A stretch of DNA of 64,000 nt from assembly GCA_965237955.1 (NCBI GenBank), contig OZ250169.1:7232001-7296000 (forward strand), given 5' to 3'. The notes beneath the pieces are model-generated. The model ran no database searches, had not been told where the DNA came from, and was given only the letters and a program-made list of their open reading frames with translations. Made by a program: the position numbers and the translations under genes. Of this stretch, positions 23,337-32,847 are shown piece after piece. The DNA is from Candidatus Marinacidobacterales bacterium (lineage in GTDB: Bacteria > Acidobacteriota > Vicinamibacteria > Marinacidobacterales > SMYC01). Positions within the stretch are counted from its first letter, which is position 1. The number at the start of each line of letters is the position of its first letter.

Positions 23337-23365
23337 ATTGTATATACAACTATTGTCGATGTAAA
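23337..23365 (-). promoter_or_regulatory. Sigma70-type marR promoter overlapped by an operator; probably leaderless
   Basis: TTTACA (23365-23360)-N17-TACAAT (23342-23337), ending 7 bp before ATG 23329. Perfect palindrome TTGTATATACAA at 23338-23349. Confidence 0.65.
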
Positions 23366-23395
23366 GGAAAAAATTACTCCTTGATCCTGCCCATG

Positions 23396-24749
23396 CCGTC
23401 GTGTCCAAAAATACAAACGAACTCAAGACCGGCTCGACGGGACGTTTCGGAATAGACGTATCTACGCTTGATTGGCCAATGGGAGCTAGAATCCTCGGTC
23501 ATGAGCACGCCGATCCAGCCCTTGACATTGTTGGTCATCACCATCGCTGGTTGGATCCAGCGTGACCAACAGGCCGCTATGGTCTACTTGCTCGAGGAGA
23601 ACAAAGTCCTCAAAGATCGGCTTTGCGGGAGGAAGCTTCGTCTCACAGACGACGAGCGACGTCGGCTCGCGGTAAAGGGTAAGGCGCTTGGCCGGAAACT
23701 CTTGGCAGAAGTCGCCGGTATCGTCACACCGGAAACCCTTCTGGCTTGGCACCGAAGGCTGATTGCGCGGAAGTGGTACTACAGCGAGCGAGCGGCGGAA
23801 ACAGCCCGGACGGCCCCGGGTCATGGCCGAGATTAGCGAGCTCGTGGTGGGGATGGCGAAGTCAAATCCGAGGTGGGGGTATACACGCATTCGCGGCGCC
23901 CTCTCGAATCTCGGCCATACGGTAGCCAGGAGCACCATCGCCAATATTCTGCGAGAACATGGCATCGAGCCCGCGCCGGAGCGAAGTGAGCGGACGCCGT
24001 GGCGCACGTTTCTCGCCGCCCATTGGGAAACCGTTGCGGCGACCGACTTCTTCACCGTCGAGGTCGCCACAGTTCGCAGGCTCGTGACCTACTATGTGCT
24101 CGTCGTCATCGAGCTGTCTTCGCGAAAAGTGCACATTGCCGGAATCACTCCGGGGCCGGATGGCCCGTTCATGATGCAGGTCGGTCGGAATCTCACCGAC
24201 CCATTCGACGGCTTTCTGCGCGGCAAGCGATTCCTCATCCTGGACCGCGACAAGAAGTTCACCACGGAGTTTCGCGATTTGCTCGAGCACGCCGGAACGG
24301 ACGTCATTCGGCTGCCGCACCGTTCGCCGAACCTGAACGCTTATGTCGAAAGGTTTGTTTTGTCGATCAAGAGCGAGTGCTTGGAGCGGATGATCTTCTT
24401 CAGTGAGCAATCGCTGCGCCGTGCCGTCGCTGAGTTCATCCATCATTATCACGGAGAGCGCAACCATCAAGGGCTCGGGAACGCGTTGCTCGAAGCGGAA
24501 GAATGCGTCGGCAGTCCTCACGGGAAGGTGCGATGTCGTAAGCGATTGGGCGGCTTGCTCAGCTACTACCACCGCGACGCCGCATAGGAGTTCGGGCGCG
24601 CCAGTTGGACGGAACGGATGGTCTGCAGGAGAGGTCTGCTCGGGGTCGCCTATCGCAGAGCCAGTACCGCGTCGGCTGGTCTCCGCGAGTTTTGAGAACG
24701 CCTCTAGGATTCGACCTTGCCGCTCCGTTCGCGTTTTCGGACAGGACGG
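23396..24749 (+). mobile_element. IS481/IS3-like element with integrase-core transposase
   Basis: Imperfect IRs CCGTCGTGTCCAAAAATACAAACG / CCGTCCTGTCCGAAAACGCGAACG. No TSD; the right flank is ISL3 sequence. Confidence 0.75.
23501..24587 (+). pseudogene. Integrase-core (rve) transposase, frameshifted by an extra AGCG unit near 23785
   Basis: [46 protein letters not shown]. Encoded in two overlapping ORFs. Confidence 0.85.
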
Positions 24750-25545
24750 GCGCGAGCTCGATGGATTGCGGGTGATTGGGATGGACGAGATCAGCTACCG
24801 CAAACGCCACAAGTACTTAACAGTGGTAATAGACCATCTCAGCGGCCGGGTCGTCTGGGCGGGAAAGGAGCGCAAGGCCAAGACGCTGCTGCGGTTTTTC
24901 CGCAAGCTCGGACCACAAAGAGCCGCGGAGCTCGAAGCGGTCAGCATGGACATGTGGGAGCCGTACAGAACTGTCGTCGGCAAAAAGGCTCCTCAGGCAC
25001 GGGTGATCTTTGACCGCTTCCACATCGTCAAGCATCTGAACGAGGCCGTGGATAAGACCCGGCGCGAGCTGGTGCGCGAGCTCAAAGGGACTGCCCGGCG
25101 CAACCTCAAGAACACCAAGTTTCCCCTTCTCAAGGCCAAACACAACCGCAGCGCGAAAGACAAACGGGTGCTCCGCGAGCAGGTGCGAGCTAATCGTCGC
25201 CTCTACCGCGCCATGCTTCTGCGCGACAACTTCATGGACCTCTACACCTACAAAACCGAGACATGGGCCAAGAAGTTTCTCCGAGGATGGCTGCGGCGCG
25301 CTATGAGCTCGAGGATAGAGCCCGTCAAACGCGCGGCGAAGATGATCCGCAGCCACTTCGATGGCGTCATCGCGTGGGTCACGTGGAGACTCAGCAACGG
25401 CCGACTCGAAGGAATGAACAACAAAATCCGGCTGCTGAGCCACCGCAGCTTTGGACTCCACTCTGCCGAAGCTCTCATCAGTCTCGTCTACCTAAACTGT
25501 GGCGGTCTCACCCTCGAGAGGATCCACTGAAATGGCAGGAGAGGC
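24750..25545 (+). mobile_element. ISL3 element, 3' half only
   Basis: Nearly identical to the 3' part of the complete ISL3 at 38973-40691. Retains the terminal IR ...GGCAGGAGAGGC. Confidence 0.9.
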
Positions 25546-25987
25546 CTTATAACTACGACTACTCATGACTAGAACCCTTGCCCACCTTCCTGTCCGTCGG
25601 TCTAGCGCGAGGGTCAGCGGCGCGGCCACCCCTGGTGGCCGGCAAGCCGTTGACCAAACCCATACTAATAATGATACTGCCGGCGTGGAAGGGAAGGGCC
25701 ACGTCCGACCGACCCCCGCGACATGTCTTCTCGCTTAACAAATTGGTCGAATAAACGCGACACTATATGTGTGTATCCCTTGGCCTCAGGTACCGACAGA
25801 AGCCACGATCCCTCGTCTGCCCGCGAGAACCAAAGCCCGGTAGAGTCGTCGGGAACTCCGGGCGACAGGTCGCGATGGACTGAGCCAATGAAGTCACCGA
25901 CGTAAGGCAAAACTTTCACGTTGTAATGCCCGAAACGCTTATCACCGATCGCCCGTTGCAGTAACTGCTTATGCAGCTCTCTCTTTC

Positions 25988-27416
25988 GAGGATATCCTGA
26001 ATCTAGTTGAAATCGGTGAGTGACTCCCTTCAAGATCGTCGGTGTCAAAGCTGGCGATCAAAAAGAAAGGAGCCACCCGGTGAGAGCAGATACGAAGAAG
26101 AGAAAGAATGCAACACAGATGCTGAGGGCGACGCAGGAGCAAGAGTGGTGGGCGGATCAAGTTGTGCATGTGATGCTGGAGGGCAAGCGAGCGCTGGACG
26201 CCGCGATGCTCGATGTCGGACGCCTGGTAGCTGAGACGCTCATGTACATGGAGCGCGAAGAGAGATCTGGGCCAGACTACCATCCTACGTCGTCCGGGCT
26301 TCGCAAATGGGCGAGTCAACGTGGGTCGATCTATGTCGGTGACCAGAAGCTCCCTGTCGAGCACCCTCGATTGCGGGGCCCGGAGGGTGAGGTCGGGCTG
26401 AGAACCTACGAGCAGCTCAAGAATCGCGGGGGCTTTTCGGAGGAACTCCTGTCGGAGGTGCTTCGGGGAATGTCTGCTCGCAAGTACGAAGAGACGGTGA
26501 CGGCGGCAGGCAAGGCTTTCGGTGTGACGCCGAGCTCGGTGTCCCGCCATCTGGTCGAGGCGACGGCGAAGCAGCTGAAGCAGTTCCAGGAGCGCAGTCT
26601 CGAAGAGTTTCCGCTCTTCGCGATGTACCTAGACACGGTCCACCGCGGCGGTCAGGCGTTCGTGGTCGCGCTCGGCGTGGACCGTGAAGGGAAAAAGCTC
26701 CCCCTGGGCTTCTGGGAAGGGGCGACGGAGAACCACGAGATCTGCGAGGAATTGCTGGAAGAGTTGGAGCGACGGGGGTTAAAGCTCTCCAAACGGATCC
26801 TCTGGGTAACCGATGGTGGCGGGGGGATCATCAAGGCGCTCAAAGACCGATACGGCAAGAAGCTCATCCACCAGCGGTGTACTTTGCACAAAGACCGCAA
26901 CATCCAGCGCCACCTGCCCAAACGCTACCGCAAGCAGGCACACCACCTCTTCGCGACTGCCTTGGAGCAGAACAGCTACAAGGACGCGAAGAAGATGTTG
27001 CAGGAGTTCGAGCGCTGGCTTCGCGACATCAACGAGTCGGCGGCAGACTCACTCCTCGAGGCACTCGAGGAGGTGCTGATGCTCCACAAGTTGAAGGTCC
27101 CCGCTCTACTGCGCCAGAGCCTGCACTCGACGAATCCTATAGAGAGTATGTTCTCCATGGTTCGTAGTTGCGAGCGCAACATCAAACGCTACCGTAACAG
27201 CAAAATGCGCCAGCGACGGCTCGCCGCTGTGCTGCTGCACTGCGAACAACAGTTCAGACGAGTCAAGGGGCACGCATCCATCGACGTAGTGGTTGCGGCC
27301 ATCGATGCGATCCAACGAGAGGACGAGATGCCTGAGGCCGCGTAAGGTCAGGGGCGTAGAGCTGGAAATGACCACGAGTCGCTTATGATGGTTTCAACTA
27401 ATTCCTTGACATCCTC
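25988..27416 (+). mobile_element. IS256-family element B
   Basis: IRs GAGGAT(A/G)TC.......TAGTTGAAA. 8-bp TSD TCTCTTTC at 25980-25987 and 27417-27424. Confidence 0.93.
26080..27345 (+). CDS. IS256-family transposase
   Basis: MYLDT, VTDGGGG, QRCTLHK, STNPIES motifs. AAGGAG SD before GTG 26080. Confidence 0.92.
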   Translation: MRADTKKRKNATQMLRATQEQEWWADQVVHVMLEGKRALDAAMLDVGRLVAETLMYMEREERSGPDYHPTSSGLRKWASQRGSIYVGDQKLPVEHPRLRGPEGEVGLRTYEQLKNRGGFSEELLSEVLRGMSARKYEETVTAAGKAFGVTPSSVSRHLVEATAKQLKQFQERSLEEFPLFAMYLDTVHRGGQAFVVALGVDREGKKLPLGFWEGATENHEICEELLEELERRGLKLSKRILWVTDGGGGIIKALKDRYGKKLIHQRCTLHKDRNIQRHLPKRYRKQAHHLFATALEQNSYKDAKKMLQEFERWLRDINESAADSLLEALEEVLMLHKLKVPALLRQSLHSTNPIESMFSMVRSCERNIKRYRNSKMRQRRLAAVLLHCEQQFRRVKGHASIDVVVAAIDAIQREDEMPEAA

Positions 27417-27631
27417 TCTCTTTCATTGGTCACCTTCTGGCGCGCGCCCCTTACCACGATTCGCGGATTCTTTGTCGGCGGTCGACTGTAATCCGCGATC
27501 GAGTCGCTTTCGGGTCTATTGACTGCCTTTCCACCACGCCCGACAAGAATCCCCGATCGGCAACCTCGGTCGCGAGCGCGCTCGACTTTGGCGCCATGTG
27601 ACATAATACGTCGTCGGCTTGCCTTGAGAGG

Positions 27632-28486
27632 ATGACGATGGCAAATAAGCGGGCAGGGAGAAAGAAACTGCCCAAGAACTTGGACGCGAACCTCTCGGGC
27701 TCCAAGCGCGAGAAGCTCAAGAGAAAGACCTATACCAAGGCCCTGGCAGATTTTCAGGTCGAGCTGGTCAAGCTCCAGAAGTGGATCCAAGACAAGGGGC
27801 TCAGGGTCGTCGTTATTTTCGAGGGACGCGACGCCGCCGGCAAGGGCGGTGCCATCAAGCGCATCACCCAGAGCCTCAATCCACGTATCTGTCGCGTGGT
27901 AGCCCTCGCTACGCCCACCGAGCGGGAGAAGACCCAGTGGTACTTCCAGCGCTACGTTGCTCATCTCCCCGCCGCTGGCGAGATGGTGCTCTTCGATCGG
28001 AGCTGGTACAACCGCGCCGGCGTGGAGCGCGTGATGGGATTCTGTACCGAGGAGGAGTACCAGGAGTTCTTGCGCTCGTGTCCGGAGTTCGAGCGCATGC
28101 TGCTTCGCTCCGGGATCAAGTTGATCAAGTATTGGTTCTCAGTGAGCGATGAAGAGCAAGAGTGTCGCTTTAAACAGCGCATCAACGATCCAATCCGCCG
28201 CTGGAAGATCAGCGAGATGGATCTCAAGTCGCGGGCAAAGTGGGTCGAGTATTCCATGGCCAAAGACGAAATGTTCAACCACGCCGATATCAAGCAGGCC
28301 CCTTGGTTCGTGGTCCGAGCGGATGACAAGAAGCGGGCTCGACTCAACGTCATCGCACATCTGCTGAGTCAGATCCCGTACAACGAGCTCAAGGACCCGG
28401 AGGTTAAACTGCCCCGGAGGCAAAAGAACGTCGGGTACCTACGGCCCCCGATTTCGGACCAAACGTTCGTGCCGGAAGTGTTCTAG
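27632..28486 (+). CDS. ppk2: Polyphosphate kinase 2
   Basis: FEGRDAAGKGG Walker A, QWYFQRY, FDRSWYNRAGVERVMGFC. Confidence 0.96.
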   Translation: MTMANKRAGRKKLPKNLDANLSGSKREKLKRKTYTKALADFQVELVKLQKWIQDKGLRVVVIFEGRDAAGKGGAIKRITQSLNPRICRVVALATPTEREKTQWYFQRYVAHLPAAGEMVLFDRSWYNRAGVERVMGFCTEEEYQEFLRSCPEFERMLLRSGIKLIKYWFSVSDEEQECRFKQRINDPIRRWKISEMDLKSRAKWVEYSMAKDEMFNHADIKQAPWFVVRADDKKRARLNVIAHLLSQIPYNELKDPEVKLPRRQKNVGYLRPPISDQTFVPEVF

Positions 28487-29027
28487 GTCTGTAGAAACCA
28501 CGGTGCTTCCGCCGTGTACTGTTGCTGATGTGTACGCATTCTCTTGCAAAGAAGGCGCTTACGCCCAGTTTAACGCGAACCGAAGTCGACGGGGCCTAAT
28601 TTGACTGTAAGCCATTGCACGATAACGCCCTGCATTGCACCAACGTTTCTTGACGGAAGCACCGCTGGCGCAGGCCTTTTTGCCCTCGTGAAGCTGATCG
28701 AGGGAGGCTGACGTCTAACAGGAAGGCTGACGTCAAGCCCAGGGAGCGGACGCGATGAAGCATTGGCGGCGCCTATCGGGGACGCGAGAAACAGCAGTTC
28801 CACGCCACGACGATCCCACCGGCGATCGCCGTCTCGGCAGCCCCGCGGCTGGAGGCTGTGACCGCTCAAGAAGACGACGACCTTACTCCTCACGACGAGG
28901 CGATCCTCGACGAGCTGCACAACTTGTATTCCACGAAGTCAACGTGCTTCACGAGTGCACAGGGTGATTGCCAAGGCTATGATGGGCGTATTGAAACGAG
29001 GCGACAAGGCGTAGTGGATTGAATCTC

Positions 29028-29249
29028 ATGCACAAAGCCGAGATCGTTTTTCTGAGTTTCTTGCTCACCTTTGCGGGCCTGTCGCCGGCGGAAGACCTAT
29101 CTGCGCTCCGGAAGGACATCCAGGCCTTCAAAAGCGACCCCCGCGGTCCCTATCAAGCCGTCCGTTGGTTCTGTCCCGACGGCTCGGTAATCCCCCCTCA
29201 GGATCGCTGTCCAGAGCCGGGCGGCATACAGCACGCCCTCCCCAAAAGC
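29028..29249 (+). pseudogene. N-terminus of an exported protein truncated by IS5; resembles large PEP/pyruvate-binding-domain proteins
   Basis: Signal peptide, then DPRGPYQAVRWFCPDGSVIPP...GGIQHA, cut at the IS5 end. Family recalled from memory. Confidence 0.55.
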
Positions 29250-30336
29250 TGCCTTGGTGCACAACTCCGATAGAGGCCGAGAGCTCGCTTGGCCCCGACT
29301 CCCATCATCCGATCATCTCGCTATCAGGCATCCCGAGCGCCGTCATCGTGTTGAGAATCTTGCACCCGATCCTTGCCTCGACTCTCTGTGCCGCCAACCC
29401 TCTCGCTCGCATCGCTGAGCCCACGATAGCCTTGTAGCGATGGAACGTTGTCTCGACTTTGATCCGTTTGCTGTAGCCCGATTCTGTGTGCCACTTTCGT
29501 TTGCCGAGCCGAGCTTGTGCTGCAATGTTGCGATTGCGCTGTCGGCTGCTCGCCGGCCCCGATGCGAGCTGGGCGCCCTTGCGCGGCGGTATCAGCACCC
29601 TCGGCGAGCAATGAGCGCTGTGATTCTCGATTGCCTCATAGACGCCGCCGGCGTCGTATGCGGTGTCAGCTCTGGCAGATGAGATGGGACTGTCGATCTG
29701 TCCGACAAGCGATGCAACCCGCGATGAATCGCGGGCTCTTTTGCTCGTCAGCTCGCCGGCGACGACTTCGCCACTCTGCTCGTCGACACACAGATGGAGC
29801 TTGCGATAGTCCCTGCTCTTTGGTGCTCTGCGCAGCTGGCCGGCGTGGACAGCGAGACCGCTGCTGTCGATCAAGATGTGCAACGGCGTCTTCTGCTTGT
29901 CTTGGTAGAAGGGGACCTTACCCAGCTTCGCCTTGCGCCTCGAGATCGTGGTGTGATCGGGCACATCATTGTCTAGCTTCATCAGAGCGAACAACGATCG
30001 CAGCAATCCCTCGCTCTGCCTAGATGACAGATGAAACACCATGCCCAGGGTGACAGCCGTCTCGATGGCGTGGTTCGAGTACTTGCGTTGACGGCCCGGT
30101 TTCCTCCTCCTCGGCCGGGGCGCGTCCCAGTTCACAAGCTTGCCGGCGGTGAGCGAGATCCAGACGGTCAGGCTCCCACGGTTGCGTAGACCCGCCTCAT
30201 ATTCACGCCAATTCCTCACGCGATAGGCCTTCTTCACATACTTCCGCTGAGTGCGTTTGAAAATGCTCATGGGGAACCTCGAATCCGTGAGTAAAGGACA
30301 ATTGTGGACCGAGATCGCGAGTTGTGCACCAAGGCA
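29250..30336 (-). mobile_element. IS5 family (IS903-like) copy 1, 1087 bp
   Basis: Perfect 18-bp IR TGCCTTGGTGCACAACTC. Near-identical to the copies at 32848 and 49604. No TSD. Confidence 0.93.
29305..30270 (-). CDS. IS5-family transposase
   Basis: YRVRNWREYEAGLRNRGSLTVW, IDSSG, RKLHL, ADTAYD, GYSKR..VET. Confidence 0.93.
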   Translation of the reverse strand: MSIFKRTQRKYVKKAYRVRNWREYEAGLRNRGSLTVWISLTAGKLVNWDAPRPRRRKPGRQRKYSNHAIETAVTLGMVFHLSSRQSEGLLRSLFALMKLDNDVPDHTTISRRKAKLGKVPFYQDKQKTPLHILIDSSGLAVHAGQLRRAPKSRDYRKLHLCVDEQSGEVVAGELTSKRARDSSRVASLVGQIDSPISSARADTAYDAGGVYEAIENHSAHCSPRVLIPPRKGAQLASGPASSRQRNRNIAAQARLGKRKWHTESGYSKRIKVETTFHRYKAIVGSAMRARGLAAQRVEARIGCKILNTMTALGMPDSEMIG

Positions 30337-30692
30337 TCGACGACGTGCTAGTCGGTGAGTTCGACGGCCTGCCACCCCACGTCGTAGAGAAAGTAGACGA
30401 GAGGATACAGCGGGCACTGGAGAAGAGTGCTGCCCGAGACAGCGACGACTATGCCGCGCTCCCTGGCAAGCTCGAATTCTGCGACCTGCGAGAACTCCAG
30501 GACACCATTACCAGCAGATCACTTTGGCCGCAGTTCTCTGAACGCTTCTCCAATAAGGAGACGCTGGTCGGAAAGTTCGGGCAACTGGCGGAGCTTCGCA
30601 ATGGTATCCGGCACGCACGAAGGGTTGACGAGGTGACCCGCAAAGAGGGTGAAGCCGCCATTCTCTGGTTCGAAATAGTGCTTGAATCGTAA
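30337..30692 (+). pseudogene. C-terminal HEPN (Swt1-like) domain of a defence protein, truncated by IS5
   Basis: LEFCDLRELQDTI...LAELRNGIRH has an intact Rx4H motif. An in-frame GTG at 30324 lies in the IS end. Confidence 0.7.
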
Positions 30693-30767
30693 CCCATAAC
30701 CTCGGGCAGGATCCGGCGATGAAACATTCCGGGGTAGACTACCGAGGAGATCGTTGGGGAGGTTACA

Positions 30768-32648
30768 GTGACTGGGGAAATTAAATGGAGTACATCTGCC
30801 GCTATAGCCCGACGTCTGGGCGATCAGCTCATCAAAGACCCACATACTGCCTTTTTTGAATTAATCAAAAACAGCTACGACGCTGATGCGACTAAGGTGG
30901 AAGTAAATTTCCACCGGCCTTTATCTGACGCTGCGAAGATCGTGATCCGAGACAATGGAACAGGTATGACGATCGGCGACCTACAAACGAAGTGGGCTCG
31001 AGCAGCTGGAGAAAACAAAGTGCAGGAGCCGTACACACCCTGCTTCTCAAGGCGTCGACTCGGAGCCAAAGGAATAGGTCGTTTCTCCTTGGCAAAGCTC
31101 GGTGACAATGTCAAAGTCATCACGAAGACGGAGCGAGATCGGTTACAGATCCAATTCACGATTAACTTCGCAGCATTTACAGATGACAAAGATTTTGAAG
31201 ATATGGATTTTCAGTATACAGAAGGCGCGCCGCGTCGCGGGTTCCAGCGCGGTACGATTCTTGAACTTTCGGCACTACGTGATCGCTGGGGGAAGCGGGA
31301 AATCCGCAAGATCCGACACCAGCTCTCCCATCTCATCGATCCTGATGTAGAAGACCAGAATTTTCGTATCATCTTCAAATGTCGGGAATTTCTTGAATTT
31401 GACGGCCCTCTCGATAATCCAATCGCTGGTAAAGAGACGCATCGCGTCGGATTCTCGATAGAACCGGACGGTCGCTACGAAAGGACTGTTGAAATTAATG
31501 GACTTCCAAAGAACGAAAAGGAATTACGAACTCCGTTGCCTTGCGGGCCAGTGAAGGGCGTTATTCGCTATTACAAGCACGGAGTGAAGCAGCAAGACAG
31601 AAAGCTTTCGGAAGGCGCTGAGGAATCCCACATGGGGGTAAAAGTCTACCGGGACGGCTGTCGCGTGCGGCCTTATGGTGAAACGTCGGACGATTGGCTT
31701 TCGATCTCCTCTAAACGGGCCAGGGCAGGCGGTAAGTATTATGTTCAGCCTCTTGCCGTTGCCGGGTCGGTCCATATTTCCGCAACTGGAAATAATAACC
31801 TAACGGATGCGACCAACCGGGAGGCAGGAATGATCGAGAACGAAGAGTTTGGAGCGTTGCAAAGGTTCGTTTTAGAACACGTAGAACTGCTGAACAAACT
31901 TCTTGAGCAGGAGACACGTTCCGAATCGATCAAACAGAAACGACATACGGTGAAGAAGATCCTCAACACCGTAATCGACTGCCTCCAACGCCAAGACAGC
32001 GAAGTATATAAGGGCTATGTGTCCGCGCTCGATCGGAGGAAGCGCGGTGAAAGTGGACAGACTGTCACGCGGAAGGAGACACGCGTCATTGACGTCAAGC
32101 CAGCGACAAAAGAAGAATGGTATTGCGCTAGCTGCGATGCTAGATGGAGAGTACCGAGCGGTCAGACGCCGAAGGTTTGTATGGACGTAGCCGTCAATCG
32201 CAAGGGGCAGCCGCAAAAGTCTGAAGGCTGCGGCAGTGCGAACATTCACAGATCAAAGCACGAATCGCGGACCGGCGGTGCAGAGTTCGGGGCTATCGTT
32301 CCCGGGAAGTACGCAACGATTAGCGGCAAGCAGATCAAGGTGAAGGTAGACTACGAGATGGGCGAGGATGATGATGAGTTTAGCGTTGACGAAAGAGAGA
32401 TTGTCATAAATGGTAACCACCGTGCGTATCGTTTAGCAGAATACCTTGATCAAGTGAGCGGAAAGAAATACGAAATTGGAGATGACGTCTTCGTACCGGC
32501 ACTCACAATTCACATCACCAAGAACGTATGCTTGGCATGGGCGGAGTTGCATTTCCACACAACAAAGGAGTGGAGTGAGTTTCGCAACCGCTACGAGAGC
32601 CTTCAAGCAGAAATCTGCGGATCCGTTTTGACGAAGCTCGCTCTCTAG
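30768..32648 (+). CDS. MORC-like GHKL (HATPase_c_3) ATPase with a Cys-rich C-terminal region
   Basis: ELIKNSYDADA, IRDNGTGM, GAKGIGRFS, GT motifs. S5-like VYRDGCRVRPYG...DDWL. CxxC...C...C. AT-richer than the flanks. Confidence 0.85.
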   Translation: MTGEIKWSTSAAIARRLGDQLIKDPHTAFFELIKNSYDADATKVEVNFHRPLSDAAKIVIRDNGTGMTIGDLQTKWARAAGENKVQEPYTPCFSRRRLGAKGIGRFSLAKLGDNVKVITKTERDRLQIQFTINFAAFTDDKDFEDMDFQYTEGAPRRGFQRGTILELSALRDRWGKREIRKIRHQLSHLIDPDVEDQNFRIIFKCREFLEFDGPLDNPIAGKETHRVGFSIEPDGRYERTVEINGLPKNEKELRTPLPCGPVKGVIRYYKHGVKQQDRKLSEGAEESHMGVKVYRDGCRVRPYGETSDDWLSISSKRARAGGKYYVQPLAVAGSVHISATGNNNLTDATNREAGMIENEEFGALQRFVLEHVELLNKLLEQETRSESIKQKRHTVKKILNTVIDCLQRQDSEVYKGYVSALDRRKRGESGQTVTRKETRVIDVKPATKEEWYCASCDARWRVPSGQTPKVCMDVAVNRKGQPQKSEGCGSANIHRSKHESRTGGAEFGAIVPGKYATISGKQIKVKVDYEMGEDDDEFSVDEREIVINGNHRAYRLAEYLDQVSGKKYEIGDDVFVPALTIHITKNVCLAWAELHFHTTKEWSEFRNRYESLQAEICGSVLTKLAL

Positions 32649-32847
32649 GATCCAGCTCGCCTCCATTTCGATAAACGGAACGAGCGTCAATCGGCGGCGG
32701 TCCGGCTCGTCAAGACCTCCCGCAATCACGATGCTTTAAGAGATTGCCACTAGCCGTCCACAGAAATCGCCGTTTTAAAAAGGCTCCGCAGGGGGTGGGG
32801 CTGCACTTTGTGGACCCGGAAATTACCCGGCGTAGCTTGAGAATCGA

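Noticed and set aside
24403-25530. 375-aa ORF as an intact ISL3 transposase
   Set aside because: Chimera of the IS481-like end and the ISL3 3' half. It lacks the zinc-finger N-terminus.
25665-26048. Gene interrupted by IS256-B
   Set aside because: Removing the IS and one TSD leaves a stop immediately before this frame, so no gene is restored.
27398-27964. 188-aa minus-strand ORF
   Set aside because: Antisense shadow of ppk2.
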